From an uncultured virus (IMG/VR IMGVR_UViG_3300015607_003164) (taxonomy: Duplodnaviria; Heunggongvirae; Uroviricota; Caudoviricetes), in the IMG/VR virus record IMGVR_UViG_3300015607_003164: DNA of 64,000 nucleotides. The stretch is one strand, 5' to 3'. Each line of letters starts with the position of its first letter. The stretch's first letter is position 1. Under the pieces are notes generated by a model. It made no database searches. It was not told the DNA's origin and worked only from the letters and a program-made list of their open reading frames with translations. A program made the translations under genes and the position numbers. Positions 39,684-49,711 of this stretch are shown piece after piece.

Positions 39684-39788
39684 ATGAAATGGTTGAAGAG
39701 AATGAGTTGGGTAGCGTTTCTATTCTTTCTCATTAAAGGTTTAGTTTGGCTGGGTATATTTTTCTCAGCATATCTTTTATCTAAGTAA
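39684..39788 (+). CDS. 34-aa membrane peptide
   Basis: MKWLKRMSWVAFLFFLIKGLVWLGIFFSAYLLSK; terminator 39787-39815 follows. Confidence 0.65.
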   Translation: MKWLKRMSWVAFLFFLIKGLVWLGIFFSAYLLSK

Positions 39789-39817
39789 AAAAAGACCACC
39801 AACGGTGGTCTTTTTAT

Positions 39818-39934
39818 TTATACAGTTTCTTTAAGACTTTTAAGAACAGCATCATTATGAGCTATTCTTTTTAATGTTTTATTTATACTTTTTTTGCTTT
39901 TTCCTTTTTTGCCAGGTTTTTTTGCTTTTGCCAT
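39818..39934 (-). CDS. 38-aa highly basic protein
   Basis: MAKAKKPGKKGKSKKSINKTLKRIAHNDAVLKSLKETV; ATATATA upstream, terminator downstream. Confidence 0.6.
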   Translation of the reverse strand: MAKAKKPGKKGKSKKSINKTLKRIAHNDAVLKSLKETV

Positions 39935-39976
39935 AGTGATTAATTATTTTCTTTTATATATTTAATATATAATTTA

Positions 39977-40381
39977 ATGAAATACTTAAAACTATTTGAA
40001 TCATTTAATTCTATTGAGGAATTAATCAATGATGCTAAAGACATCTGTTTAGAACTAAATGACAATAATATTAAAACAGATTGTTACTATAATCATCCTT
40101 ATGTAGCTGACGGTAAATTACATCCTGGTTTCATAACAGTAGGTATGGAGAAAATGTATGGAGATGATGAATTCAGTTATGATGCTGATATTTTAGAATG
40201 GCATCAAGTTGAAGAAGCAGTTGATAGATTAATCGAATACTTTGAATCAAATGGTTGGAAATTAGTATCAATTTTGATGGATGGTGATAACCTAATAAAT
40301 CCGAAAGAATGGGTAGAGACTCTAAGAAAAAAAGTTAATTATACATTCAGTGGATTAACTATTAACTTTATTGAAAACTAA
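39977..40381 (+). CDS. Capsid-tag protein, KDILLEL family
   Basis: MKYLKLFES; DAKDICLELNDN; VDRLIEYFESNGW. Confidence 0.75.
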   Translation: MKYLKLFESFNSIEELINDAKDICLELNDNNIKTDCYYNHPYVADGKLHPGFITVGMEKMYGDDEFSYDADILEWHQVEEAVDRLIEYFESNGWKLVSILMDGDNLINPKEWVETLRKKVNYTFSGLTINFIEN

Positions 40382-40891
40382 CTTACAGGTTAAGTTATGT
40401 GATAACTGTCTAATGAAATTATAGCTTGCTTTTTCTTTATGTAATAATGGTGCTTTTTTTATAATAGCGAAATTAAGATTTTCATCCATATAAATAAGAC
40501 CAGCATATTCAGGAACCTCTTCAATTGTTACAAGTCCAGTTGGTACAACGAAGTTAAAGTAATTACAAGTTAAATATAAAGTATCTTTAACTTTTTCATT
40601 ATTCTCTTTAATCATTCTAGTTTTAGTACATTTTCTTTCTAACATTAATTTATGTTTATCTTTATTAAAATCAGCTCTAAAGTCTGAACGTGAAATTTTA
40701 ATTTCATACTCATAGATATAATTAGACTTACTAATTGATATAACATCACACTCGGCTAAGCCATAGCCAGTAAATCTTGTTGTAATTGGTGAGTGTTGTT
40801 TTTCATAAAGATACATCGCAAGTGCGGACTCTATGTTTTTTGACTCAGAATTATTTCTCTTAATCTTTTTAATTGATGATTTTCTTGACAT
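40355..40891 (-). CDS. MmcB-like PD-(D/E)xK nuclease
   Basis: ECDVISI, EYEIKISRSDFRADF, FVVPTGL...VPEYAGLI. Confidence 0.7.
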   Translation of the reverse strand: MSRKSSIKKIKRNNSESKNIESALAMYLYEKQHSPITTRFTGYGLAECDVISISKSNYIYEYEIKISRSDFRADFNKDKHKLMLERKCTKTRMIKENNEKVKDTLYLTCNYFNFVVPTGLVTIEEVPEYAGLIYMDENLNFAIIKKAPLLHKEKASYNFIRQLSHNLTCKLVFNKVNS

Positions 40892-40917
40892 AAGTTATAT
40901 ATTCAGATAACTACTAT

Positions 40918-41916
40918 CTATAATCCGTATCTTGACTTCACAGCATTAAAGTTTTGCAATACATCACTTGATGAAAGAACTGAGTTGTACCAACGGAAAA
41001 TACCAATGCTACCATTATGATATACGCTTTCACTTCTACCAATAGAAAACTCATTACCAACTTTTACGTTAGCAGTATTATTTGACGGTGTGCCACTTAA
41101 AGAACCATCAATATAAATTCTTGTTCCAGTTGTACTTGAATATGTCAAAACAACATGGTGCCATGTTGTATTTTGTGGAATTGATCCTGTGCTTATATCT
41201 ACAACACCGTACTTTGTAACTTTCCAAGCAGTACCAGTTCCACTAAAATATCCAAATACAAAACCTAAAGTACTAACACCTGTACGAACAATTGCTGGAA
41301 AATTATTATTAGATTGGTACCAAGCTTCAACTGAAAAGTTATTAGTTGTTGATAACAAACCACTAGCAGATGAATACATATTGACAGTGGCATTAGACGT
41401 ACCATTAAATGTCAATACACCACCATTGTTTGATGAGTAGCTTACACCAGATCCAAGAGTACCTGTGTATCCATTAACAAGACTTGTCCAAGTTGTTCCG
41501 GTACCAGGATATGATGATGGATCACCCGCATCTAAATTTAGCATTAATCCACTAGTTATTATAGATATTGGTGAGTATGAAGTATAGTAACCATTTGTGT
41601 TTAACCATTCTGCTGCAACAGATGCTGTTAAAAATGATTGACCAGAAACACTTGAAACTAAAGATAAAAACTCTGCATCGGTTTTACTTGTTGTTCTTCT
41701 AAATCCAACTGAATCACCAATTATTAAAGATCCAGCAGATGTTCTATTACCTGATGTATCAGGATAACCAATTACATAACCATTAGTTTCATCTGGACCA
41801 TTCCACCATTTTACCGAACCTCCACCTTGTGAGTTATTAGATATTGCTAAATTACCTGATTGACTTGCTCCTGAAACTGTTGCTCCTGAATTATATGCGA
41901 ATAGTCTTGCTCCCAT
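40918..41916 (-). CDS. LamG/concanavalin A-like domain virion protein
   Basis: GLMLNLDAGDPSSYPGTGTTW, FSVEAW, WHHVVLTY..IYIDG, YNSVLSSSDVLQNFNA.KSRYGL. Confidence 0.85.
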   Translation of the reverse strand: MGARLFAYNSGATVSGASQSGNLAISNNSQGGGSVKWWNGPDETNGYVIGYPDTSGNRTSAGSLIIGDSVGFRRTTSKTDAEFLSLVSSVSGQSFLTASVAAEWLNTNGYYTSYSPISIITSGLMLNLDAGDPSSYPGTGTTWTSLVNGYTGTLGSGVSYSSNNGGVLTFNGTSNATVNMYSSASGLLSTTNNFSVEAWYQSNNNFPAIVRTGVSTLGFVFGYFSGTGTAWKVTKYGVVDISTGSIPQNTTWHHVVLTYSSTTGTRIYIDGSLSGTPSNNTANVKVGNEFSIGRSESVYHNGSIGIFRWYNSVLSSSDVLQNFNAVKSRYGL

Positions 41917-41932
41917 AAAACTATATATTAAA

Positions 41933-41964
41933 TTTGATTATTTAAAATAAATTGTCTATATTTG
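41933..41964 (+). promoter_or_regulatory. Bacteroidota-type promoter TTTG-N20-TATATTTG
   Basis: Both elements, canonical spacing. Confidence 0.8.
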
Positions 41965-41995
41965 TATTCTTAATAAAGATAATAAAATTCAATAT

Positions 41996-42109
41996 ATGAG
42001 AATAGTTAGTGTAATTTCAAGAAACTCAACGGCAATTATTATGGTAGTTGCAGTATCATCACTTGTAGCTTTAATAACATATAATATTGTTGTACATGGT
42101 ATTAGGTAG
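41996..42109 (+). CDS. 37-aa single-TM peptide
   Basis: MRIVSVISRNSTAIIMVVAVSSLVALITYNIVVHGIR downstream of a host-type promoter. Confidence 0.55.
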   Translation: MRIVSVISRNSTAIIMVVAVSSLVALITYNIVVHGIR

Positions 42110-42229
42110 TGTAAATGGTCCAAGATGATCACGGTATATAAATAGCACACATCATTAGTCCCTGGCAATAGAGGATACATCATGCTTGTATCAGATGGTG
42201 GGTTAGGGTAAATAACCGTTAATCCCTAC
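42106..42229 (+). ncRNA. Candidate structured RNA of unknown class
   Basis: Non-coding, locally GC-richer; closing pairings GTAG/CTAC and AATGGT/ACCGTT, TCCCTG-GCAA-TAGAGGA hairpin, GATACA/TGTATC hairpin; terminator AAGTCCTCA/TGAGGACTT at 42234-42260. Confidence 0.45.
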
Positions 42230-42289
42230 AAACAAGTCCTCATCTTTTGAGGACTTTTTTATTTAATAAAAATTACTTATATTTACACT

Positions 42290-42661
42290 ATGAAAATTAG
42301 CTTCGATTTTGATTGCACATTAGGCGAAAATGTTATGCAGAAAATAGCTGATATTTTAATATCATCTAATAAATACTGTGATGTTTATATTATCACCGCA
42401 AGATGTGAAGGTAAAAGTCATAATAGAGATTTATATTCTGTTGCTAAGAATTTAGGAATTCCTGATTGTAATATACATTTCACAGAGGGTGCTTGGAAGT
42501 GGCGAAAGATAAAAGAGTTAGAAATTGATATTCACTATGATGATGTACCAGAGGAGTGCGAGTTAATTAAGTTAAACACTAATTGCACCCCAGTGTTAAT
42601 ATGGGATGAATATTGTAAAGAGTCAATAAAACACGAATCATTCGGAAAAGGAATATACTAA
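42290..42661 (+). CDS. HAD-superfamily protein
   Basis: ISFDFDCTL, ITAR, K, IHYDD. Confidence 0.75.
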   Translation: MKISFDFDCTLGENVMQKIADILISSNKYCDVYIITARCEGKSHNRDLYSVAKNLGIPDCNIHFTEGAWKWRKIKELEIDIHYDDVPEECELIKLNTNCTPVLIWDEYCKESIKHESFGKGIY

Positions 42662-43365
42662 TGATATACATACAATCAAATAATGAAAGAACAAGACCTC
42701 ATCATTTTGATGTGGCTTGTGCTATGTTTGGTGCAATTGAAACTGGACAAGATTATAGATTAACTACATTTGAAGAAGTTCAAAGTGGTAAGTTCAACTT
42801 ACTCATTAAGAATAATTTATTTATAGGTTCTGTTGAGTTTATGAAAGAAGTCTTTTCAAAAGTAGGAAAAGAAGATGTAAGAGTTTCTAAAAACTCAAAT
42901 CGTGAGTGTCAAGTAATGACTTTAGGTGAAGCTAAAAATCTGGCTAAATCTAAGAATATTTTTATTAAACCATTTGATATTAAGTTATTTACAGGATTTG
43001 TGTTGGATCAAATGATACACACGTCTATATCAAATATACCTGACGATATAATGGTGATGGTCTATGAAGTATTCTCAAGTTCTATTAAAAGTGAATTCCG
43101 TTGTTATATACATCGTAATAGGGTTGAAGATGTTCGTAACTATGCCGGTGATTTATTTTGCTCGCCTGATGAAAATTATTTGAATAGTGTTATTAGAAGT
43201 AATAAAGATTTTCCAATTGCTTATACAATTGATATTGGTATTTTAGAAAGTGGTGAGAATGTTGTTATTGAGTATAATGATATGTGGGCTATAGGAAATT
43301 ACGGAATACCTAATGACTTATATTTAAGATTATTAAAAGATAGATATTTTGAAATTGTTAAATAA
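42661..43365 (+). CDS. ATP-grasp domain protein (R2K/DUF4343-like)
   Basis: IGSVEF, FIKP..KLFTG, SEFRCYI, YTIDIG, VIEYND..AIG.YG. Confidence 0.75.
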   Translation: MIYIQSNNERTRPHHFDVACAMFGAIETGQDYRLTTFEEVQSGKFNLLIKNNLFIGSVEFMKEVFSKVGKEDVRVSKNSNRECQVMTLGEAKNLAKSKNIFIKPFDIKLFTGFVLDQMIHTSISNIPDDIMVMVYEVFSSSIKSEFRCYIHRNRVEDVRNYAGDLFCSPDENYLNSVIRSNKDFPIAYTIDIGILESGENVVIEYNDMWAIGNYGIPNDLYLRLLKDRYFEIVK

Positions 43366-43696
43366 AAATTTTGTTACATCGGATGATTTATTCACACATT
43401 TAAAAAGAATGATTAAATCAGGTACTAAACTGAAGTTAGAGATAGAAGATATATCTTGGGGTGATAGGTACTATAGTGAAAATGGTGAATCGATAAATTT
43501 TATAATAGCTGATAAAAACTATCGTGTTGGATATTCATATATAATAGAAGATGCTGATGATTGGGGTCAAGCCGAATCACATCAAGTAACTTGGTGTGAT
43601 TGTGATGGTAAAAGAATAGAACCGAGTGTATTGTTAGATATAGTAAATAACTGGGAGTCAATAGAAAGAGAAAATAAATTAAATAAGATAATATGA
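43349..43696 (+). CDS. Hypothetical protein with C-terminal tag
   Basis: ends RENKLNKII. Confidence 0.65.
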   Translation: MKLLNKNFVTSDDLFTHLKRMIKSGTKLKLEIEDISWGDRYYSENGESINFIIADKNYRVGYSYIIEDADDWGQAESHQVTWCDCDGKRIEPSVLLDIVNNWESIERENKLNKII

Positions 43697-43890
43697 AAGA
43701 GTTAATAAATCACAGTAATTATATGTTGTTCAACTATGGTTGGATAATATTTGGAGTATCACTTTTTGTCGGAATAGTTGCAGCTATTGTATTATATAAA
43801 ATTGAACAGAAGTCTGATTCGGATATCAATCCAATTGAAGATTCTAATTTTATCTGGGATGAATATGGCAACCCAACTATTAAAGAATAA
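43693..43890 (+). CDS. Small membrane protein
   Basis: One hydrophobic helix WIIFGVSLFVGIVAAIVLY. Confidence 0.6.
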   Translation: MKELINHSNYMLFNYGWIIFGVSLFVGIVAAIVLYKIEQKSDSDINPIEDSNFIWDEYGNPTIKE

Positions 43891-43905
43891 AAATATATAA
43901 TCTGT

Positions 43906-44430
43906 ATGAAATTACTTATAATTGGAAATGCAAGACATGGTAAAGATACTTTTGCTGAGTTACTAAATGAGTATTATGGTCTTACATTTATGTCTTCTTC
44001 ACAAGCATCTGCTGATATTTTTCTTTATGATTTATTAAAAGATAAATATGGTTATAAAACAAAAGAAGAGTGTTTTGAGGATAGAGTTAATCATCGTGAT
44101 GAGTGGTATAAGCTAATCTGTGAATATAACAAGGACAATCGTGCTAGATTAGCATCTGATATCTTAAAGAAGTCAAGTTGTTATGTCGGTATGAGAGACA
44201 AGGAAGAATTTGACGAGTGTGTTAAGCAAGGTTTATTTGACTTGATTATCTGGGTTGATGCCTCTGGTAGATTACCGATTGAGCCATCAACATCATTTAA
44301 TATCTCAAAATCAGACGCGGATATTGTTATTGAAAACAATGGCACATATGAAGAATTTGTAGAAAAAACTAAAAGATTTGGAAAAGTTCTATTTCAGAAT
44401 TTTAATGTTGATAATATAATTTATAGTTAA
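43906..44430 (+). CDS. Deoxynucleoside monophosphate kinase-like P-loop protein
   Basis: IIGNARHGKDT, GMR..EE, ADIVIENNG. Confidence 0.75.
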   Translation: MKLLIIGNARHGKDTFAELLNEYYGLTFMSSSQASADIFLYDLLKDKYGYKTKEECFEDRVNHRDEWYKLICEYNKDNRARLASDILKKSSCYVGMRDKEEFDECVKQGLFDLIIWVDASGRLPIEPSTSFNISKSDADIVIENNGTYEEFVEKTKRFGKVLFQNFNVDNIIYS

Positions 44431-44833
44431 TCTCTATCCTTTCTAAAGAAGTCTTTAAATTTATTAATATAAACCTGTCTCTTAGGAATACTCTGTTGAT
44501 AACCACCTTGTGTGGATTGTAGAATATGTCCTCCTTTTCTTCTTTTTTCATCGTTCCAAAGTAATCCATTAAAATGGTCATATCTTCTAAAAGTGTCCAT
44601 GTAAGGAAATGTATCACCGTAGTTTGATTTCTTTACTTTAACCGAAATTGACACACTGTATGATTTATTTGTATTTCCCCAATATATCACATCGTAAGTG
44701 TGACCAGTGTTGTACTTTTTAATAGCCCAATTTTTATCAAATGCGAATCTTCTCATTTTCTCAACTTGATAATCTTCAATAGCATAGACTCGATAATTAA
44801 ATCTTCGGAAAATGAGTTAAAATTTTTTATCAT
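44427..44833 (-). pseudogene. Capsid-tag gene with internal deletion/frameshift
   Basis: ATG 44833 MIKNFNSFSEDLIIESM after TATATATA; frame changes near 44783 into AIEDYQVEKMRRFAFD..FPYMDTF. Confidence 0.6.
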
Positions 44834-44884
44834 AAACTATATATAAAATTTCTGATTTAATTAAGTAATAACTATATTTGTAAA

Positions 44885-45259
44885 ATGAAATTCAAAAACG
44901 AGCTTTACATTTCAGAACATGATATAAAAATTTTATATGATGATCCAAATAAAAATGTGGGTGTAAAAGGAGTCAGAGAAGTTCAGATATTAACAAATAA
45001 TGCCCCATTCACAATGATGGTTGATGAAAGGTTTAATGAAATTGATTTCATCTATAATATTAACCCTGATGATCCTTTTAAGTATTCAAATAAAATAGCT
45101 GAATTTCTTAAAAGTAAATATGATCAGCTTAAATCAACAAATTTTAGATATAAAAGAGGAGAAGGCTATGAAGGGGACCTTAGTATAAGCGTTGAAGAGT
45201 TTATTAACTTCCTTAGAAAAGAAAATAGAGATTCAATAATAGAAAATCTTCTTAATTAA
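44885..45259 (+). CDS. Hypothetical protein with C-terminal tag
   Basis: ATG 4 nt after TATATTTG (44873-44880); ends RDSIIENLLN. Confidence 0.7.
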   Translation: MKFKNELYISEHDIKILYDDPNKNVGVKGVREVQILTNNAPFTMMVDERFNEIDFIYNINPDDPFKYSNKIAEFLKSKYDQLKSTNFRYKRGEGYEGDLSISVEEFINFLRKENRDSIIENLLN

Positions 45260-45260
45260 A

Positions 45261-45629
45261 TTACTTTCTAAGAGTTATTTTAATATAATCTATTTCATAA
45301 TTAACTATATCTTCCACTTCTTCCACAGTTTCAAAACTTTTGAATAAGTGACTATTTTTATAGGTGGTTATTATGTGTATGAAACCTTGTTCATCTGCAT
45401 ATGAAATTAAATGTTGTAAGCAATCCACAAACTCACCACTTGGTTTATATTTGTGATTATCTTCCTCGTCTTTCTCAATGAAAACTTTTACCTCTGATAG
45501 GTTTTTATTATCTGTGCTATAAATGTCTATTTCATAACCAAGATGATATAACTCGGTTAAAATACTTTCAATCTCATCTCTGACATCAGAAATAGATTCA
45601 AATATTTTATATGATTTTAAGTGTCTCAT
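45261..45629 (-). CDS. Capsid-tag protein, KDILLEL family
   Basis: MRHLKSYKIFES; EIESILTELYHLGY; LQHLISYADEQGF. Confidence 0.75.
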   Translation of the reverse strand: MRHLKSYKIFESISDVRDEIESILTELYHLGYEIDIYSTDNKNLSEVKVFIEKDEEDNHKYKPSGEFVDCLQHLISYADEQGFIHIITTYKNSHLFKSFETVEEVEDIVNYEIDYIKITLRK

Positions 45630-45709
45630 TTTAGTATATATAAAAAAAGAGAGTTAATTACTTAACTCTCTTTTCTATTTTCCATTATTATAAAATTAAA
45701 ATGTAACTA

Positions 45710-46303
45710 TTAAAATCTTCTTGCTGGTTCATCAAATTCACCTTTTAGTGAATCACCACTAACCATTAATACTGGTCCAAGTATAACTGCACAAAGAACA
45801 GAAACGATAGGAACCCAAGCTATAGAGTATAACATTACACCACCGATAGCACCTAACATTTGGCAACCTTGTAAGCAAGCAACTGCCCAAGTTATTAAAC
45901 CAGAAAGTGATGTACTTAATCCTAAGAATTTTAATACTTTACCAATTACCATCTTCCAATCAACTTCTTCATTAAGTCTAAGGCTTTCTGTAACTTCAGC
46001 TTCTATTTCTTTAACTTTCTCAATAGTAGCTTCTGGATTATTTTTCATTTCTTCAAGCTTAGCCTTATCCTCAGCAGGTAAAGCATCAACTCTTTCTTTT
46101 AATTCTTTTAAGAACTCTTGGATTTTTGGATCATCCTTTTTAGCTTCTAGTTGCTCTTTTACTTTTTCAGCCACGTTTTTAGCTGCATCATCTCTAAGAT
46201 TTGATATAAAGCTTGTGAATTTTTGCCAAAGAGCTTTTAAAAATTCTTCTTCCTCATTAACAGTAGAATAAGAAAAGTTTTCAAATGTTTTAACGTATTT
46301 CAT
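45710..46303 (-). CDS. Capsid-tag protein with helical region and C-terminal hydrophobic hairpin
   Basis: MKYVKTFEN; LRLNEE then two to three hydrophobic Gly-rich segments. Confidence 0.7.
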   Translation of the reverse strand: MKYVKTFENFSYSTVNEEEEFLKALWQKFTSFISNLRDDAAKNVAEKVKEQLEAKKDDPKIQEFLKELKERVDALPAEDKAKLEEMKNNPEATIEKVKEIEAEVTESLRLNEEVDWKMVIGKVLKFLGLSTSLSGLITWAVACLQGCQMLGAIGGVMLYSIAWVPIVSVLCAVILGPVLMVSGDSLKGEFDEPARRF

Positions 46304-46412
46304 AGTTATATTTTTAATTTTTATAAAGTATATATTAATTGTAAAATATCGTTTTTTTGATTTTTTACAATTTATATTTTTCTCATATATATATTAAAAT
46401 TATTAATACACT

Positions 46413-47009
46413 ATGAACTATACAAAAGAACAAGTTGAAAAAGCTGTCAAATCAAAAGGATATGTTTGGTTTGAAGATGAAGCCAACAAAGGCTTTGATG
46501 TCAATATTGTTGGTATTAGAAATGCTAGCACTGGACAAACCGTTACAAACTTATTTGATGATACTTTAACAATATCATACAAAGAAAATGGTCAATGGAA
46601 GTTTCACCAATGGCCTGCTACAACAGACCCTGGTAAAAAAGGAGTTATGGAATATCACAATGCTGCTGGTGTTGCTAGATTGGTAGAAGGTCAATATCGT
46701 GGCTCACACCAAATAGGATTACATCAAGGTAGATACGAAGCTCTTAGACAAGCCAAAAATGTTAAAGTTTATCGTGATGCTAATCGTGATATGGTTTATA
46801 ACGAAAGTCAAATACAAGAAGGTGTTTTTGGAATAAACATACATAAAGCTGGTGCTGATTCTACTTATGTTGAGAACTGGTCAGAAGGATGTCAAGTATT
46901 TAAGAAGTCCGCCGACTTTGATGCATTTATGACTATTGTTAGAAAGTCAAGAGATATACACGGTAACTCATTTACCTATACACTAATAGAAAGTACTGAT
47001 ATAGTATAA
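46413..47009 (+). CDS. Putative peptidoglycan-modifying enzyme (L,D-transpeptidase-like)
   Basis: ATTDPG, FGINIH..WSEGCQV His/Cys motif. Confidence 0.55.
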   Translation: MNYTKEQVEKAVKSKGYVWFEDEANKGFDVNIVGIRNASTGQTVTNLFDDTLTISYKENGQWKFHQWPATTDPGKKGVMEYHNAAGVARLVEGQYRGSHQIGLHQGRYEALRQAKNVKVYRDANRDMVYNESQIQEGVFGINIHKAGADSTYVENWSEGCQVFKKSADFDAFMTIVRKSRDIHGNSFTYTLIESTDIV

Positions 47010-47015
47010 AAAAAG

Positions 47016-47042
47016 AAACCCACTCATTTGAGTGGGTTTTTT
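47016..47042. terminator. Bidirectional terminator
   Basis: AAACCCACTC-ATTT-GAGTGGGTTT. Confidence 0.9.
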
Positions 47043-47043
47043 A

Positions 47044-48850
47044 TTAGTAAGGCATATATCTATTTTGAGTTGGGAAAAAACTATTTGAATATGGCCTATC
47101 GTTATTTGTATAGGCATTATAAAGATCTTGCATTTCACCATCAAACATTTCACAATTATATATTGAAATTAAACTTACATAAGCATTGGCTAAAGTAGTA
47201 ACAGAGTATGTGCCACCATTAAAGGCTCCAGAATTTTCACAACCAATTTCAAAAGGTACATTAGATGGAGCCATTTGAGTCACAGAACTATCATATGTTA
47301 CTGAACCATTAACTGCACCACCTTGTTGAGAACCTGGATTACCATAAGAATAAGCATCACTTAAAGTTATTATAAAATTACCACCTATAGTATCAAATTT
47401 ACAAATAATATTATAGAAATAAGAAGAAGGTCTTGTATCTGAGAAAGGATTAGAACTATCACCAGCAATTAACTTTCCAGGAATTACCGTTCCATTATAA
47501 TTATAAAAATCAATTGGTATCTCTATATCAATAGGAGGAACACCAAAGAAGCCAGTGCCATAAGTAAATACTATCCTGTTACCTCTAACATGAAGATAAT
47601 ATCCACTATTTGACACACCATCATAACAAGTATAAATTATTTGGTCATATCCTGTCACTGCAAAACTTATCCAAATATTTATTACATTTTTGGTATCATT
47701 GAACGTAGAATTAAAGCCTACTTTACCAAATGGAATACTATTAGTGTTATTAAAAATAACATGTCCCCCCATTGTAACAAAAGTATTGATGTTGATATTC
47801 TACATTACTTAAATCCATCTTAGTATTTAAGTTACCTGATAAATCATAAGCAGCATTACCACCTCTTGGATATGATGGTATGAAACCAAAATCTATAAGC
47901 AATTGTAAGTTATTTTCAAATTTTGATTTATCGCCAATTATATTAGGATAGTGCGTATTCACACATAAAAAATCAGGTCTTGATAATAGAGATAAACACT
48001 TGTATTCATCTAGTGGAAAGAGTGGATCTGGTTTAATGATAAAAACTTTACCAATATTATCAGTAAATGACTTTTTATCATCTGAAAAATTATCAAATCT
48101 AAGATCTATAATAGTTGCCGATGGTGTTGGTGAGTTTTTAGTAAAAGTTACATAATCGATATAACCATCAAAGAAATTAAATGGACTAAGAGATATACCA
48201 TTAAAAGGCTGACATCCAATAAAAAATAAATTATTGGATATAACGCTAGTATTTTGTGTTGATGCGGTCATAGTAAATGTTTGACCGGCAAAAACTAACT
48301 TTAATTGAACGATGACAATACCAACATTTGAAGCAGATGTAAAAGTTACTTTTAAATTAGTCCAAGTATTTGTAATAAGATTAGAAGACCAAGGAGACCC
48401 ACCACCTGTTGTAAATACTATGGGTGTATTATTTATAATAACTTGTATATTGTCTTGGTCTATAATAGTAATTTCAAAATCTGTTTGATTGATGTCTGAT
48501 CTATTAACAATCGTCATTGGATTGTTAAAATTTGTAGCATTGAATAAAATATTGAAGATATATTCTTCACCATCATTAAAGTTAAATTCAGAATAAAAAG
48601 TATCGGATACTAAATAAAAATTTTGTGAAAAATAGTTAGATGTGCTAAATAAAGCGGAGTAATCATTATTCTGAGAAAAAGTTGATTGCATTATATAAGG
48701 TGATATACCTAATAATGATTTAGTAATACTATTTAGTTCGGTAATATCTATAGGATTATTAAGTGAGTATTGACCGTTAATTGTGAAAATTTCAACACCA
48801 TCATAACCAGAATCTGGATTAGTATCATTTGGATCATAACAATAAATAAG
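47044..48850 (-). pseudogene. Multi-LamG-domain virion protein, split by a G6 frameshift and lacking its 5' end
   Basis: ORFs 47750-48691 and 47044-47772 join if G6 at 47765-47770 were G5 (YFCYNGGHVIFNN); LQLLIDFGFIPSYPRGG..YDLSGN LamG start motif; frame stays open ~55 codons upstream of 48691 without an ATG. Confidence 0.65.
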
Positions 48851-49232
48851 GAAAAGGAGCTGGTGGAAAATCTAACACATCCATCGTGTTTTCAGGCCAA
48901 GCTGAATTCTTTCTTTCATAAAAGTAGGTATGGCTAAAACTATCACCACAAGCATCATAACTAACACCGTGTTGTTCTCTATAACTTCTTATTAAATCAA
49001 ATAACCAATCTTCTTCTTCATCATTCATTCTACCACCCCAACCTGGTCCCATGCATACAGAACCATAATAAGAACCATCAGTATTTTTACCTACTTTAAC
49101 ATTAAGTGGAAAGAATCTTTTCTTACCTTCAACAAAGTAATCATTAATCTCAAAGAATAAACTATCAGTTAAATCCTTATAAAACTCTTCTGACTTATCG
49201 AAGCTTTCATTAAACCTTTTTAGATGTTTCAT
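48834..49232 (-). CDS. Capsid-tag hypothetical protein
   Basis: MKHLKRFNES. Confidence 0.7.
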   Translation of the reverse strand: MKHLKRFNESFDKSEEFYKDLTDSLFFEINDYFVEGKKRFFPLNVKVGKNTDGSYYGSVCMGPGWGGRMNDEEEDWLFDLIRSYREQHGVSYDACGDSFSHTYFYERKNSAWPENTMDVLDFPPAPFPYLLL

Positions 49233-49242
49233 TAATTATATA

Positions 49243-49710
49243 TTATTTATGATTAAAGTATATTTCACATTCAGTTCTAACACCTTCGGCTGTAAATGTC
49301 ATTGGGTTCATAACTCTTGTTACTTTAATTGTAGGTCTTTGTTCTTTACGTTCTGTTGGACTTTGCCATTTAATGTGTAATCCAAATTCAGATAAGTATG
49401 ATTTTAATCTTTCAATAACATCTTCAATATCTGAATAAGTAAATTCTTCTTTTCTACTAAGATAAATAGTTATCCAATTATTATTATATTTAGAAGTATT
49501 AACATCTACTACTTGTTTATTCATAGTAGAAATAACTTTCCAGTCAGAGTCTTTTTTAGCTTTTTTAACTAAACTAACACCTGAACTAAAGTGAGAATGT
49601 ATATTAGTTTTAATACCAATATCTTCTAACTCAAGAAGGATATCTTTACATTCGTCTATAACTGATTGGTCTAATACTTTAGACTCATTAAATCTTTTTA
49701 GATATTTCAT
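49243..49710 (-). CDS. Capsid-tag protein, KDILLEL family
   Basis: Start 49710 MKYLKRFNES; ECKDILLELEDIG; IERLKSYLSEFG. Confidence 0.75.
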   Translation of the reverse strand: MKYLKRFNESKVLDQSVIDECKDILLELEDIGIKTNIHSHFSSGVSLVKKAKKDSDWKVISTMNKQVVDVNTSKYNNNWITIYLSRKEEFTYSDIEDVIERLKSYLSEFGLHIKWQSPTERKEQRPTIKVTRVMNPMTFTAEGVRTECEIYFNHK

Positions 49711-49711
49711 A

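Noticed and set aside
42105..42185. tRNA or SAM-I riboswitch
   Set aside because: No T-loop GTTCRA or cloverleaf; only CCTGGCAA resembles SAM-I, other core elements are missing
42195..42232. Pistol ribozyme (GGTTAGGG..TAAATA..TTAATCCCTA resemblance)
   Set aside because: P1 3' strand and the P3/cleavage-site elements are not identifiable; kept only as unknown structured RNA
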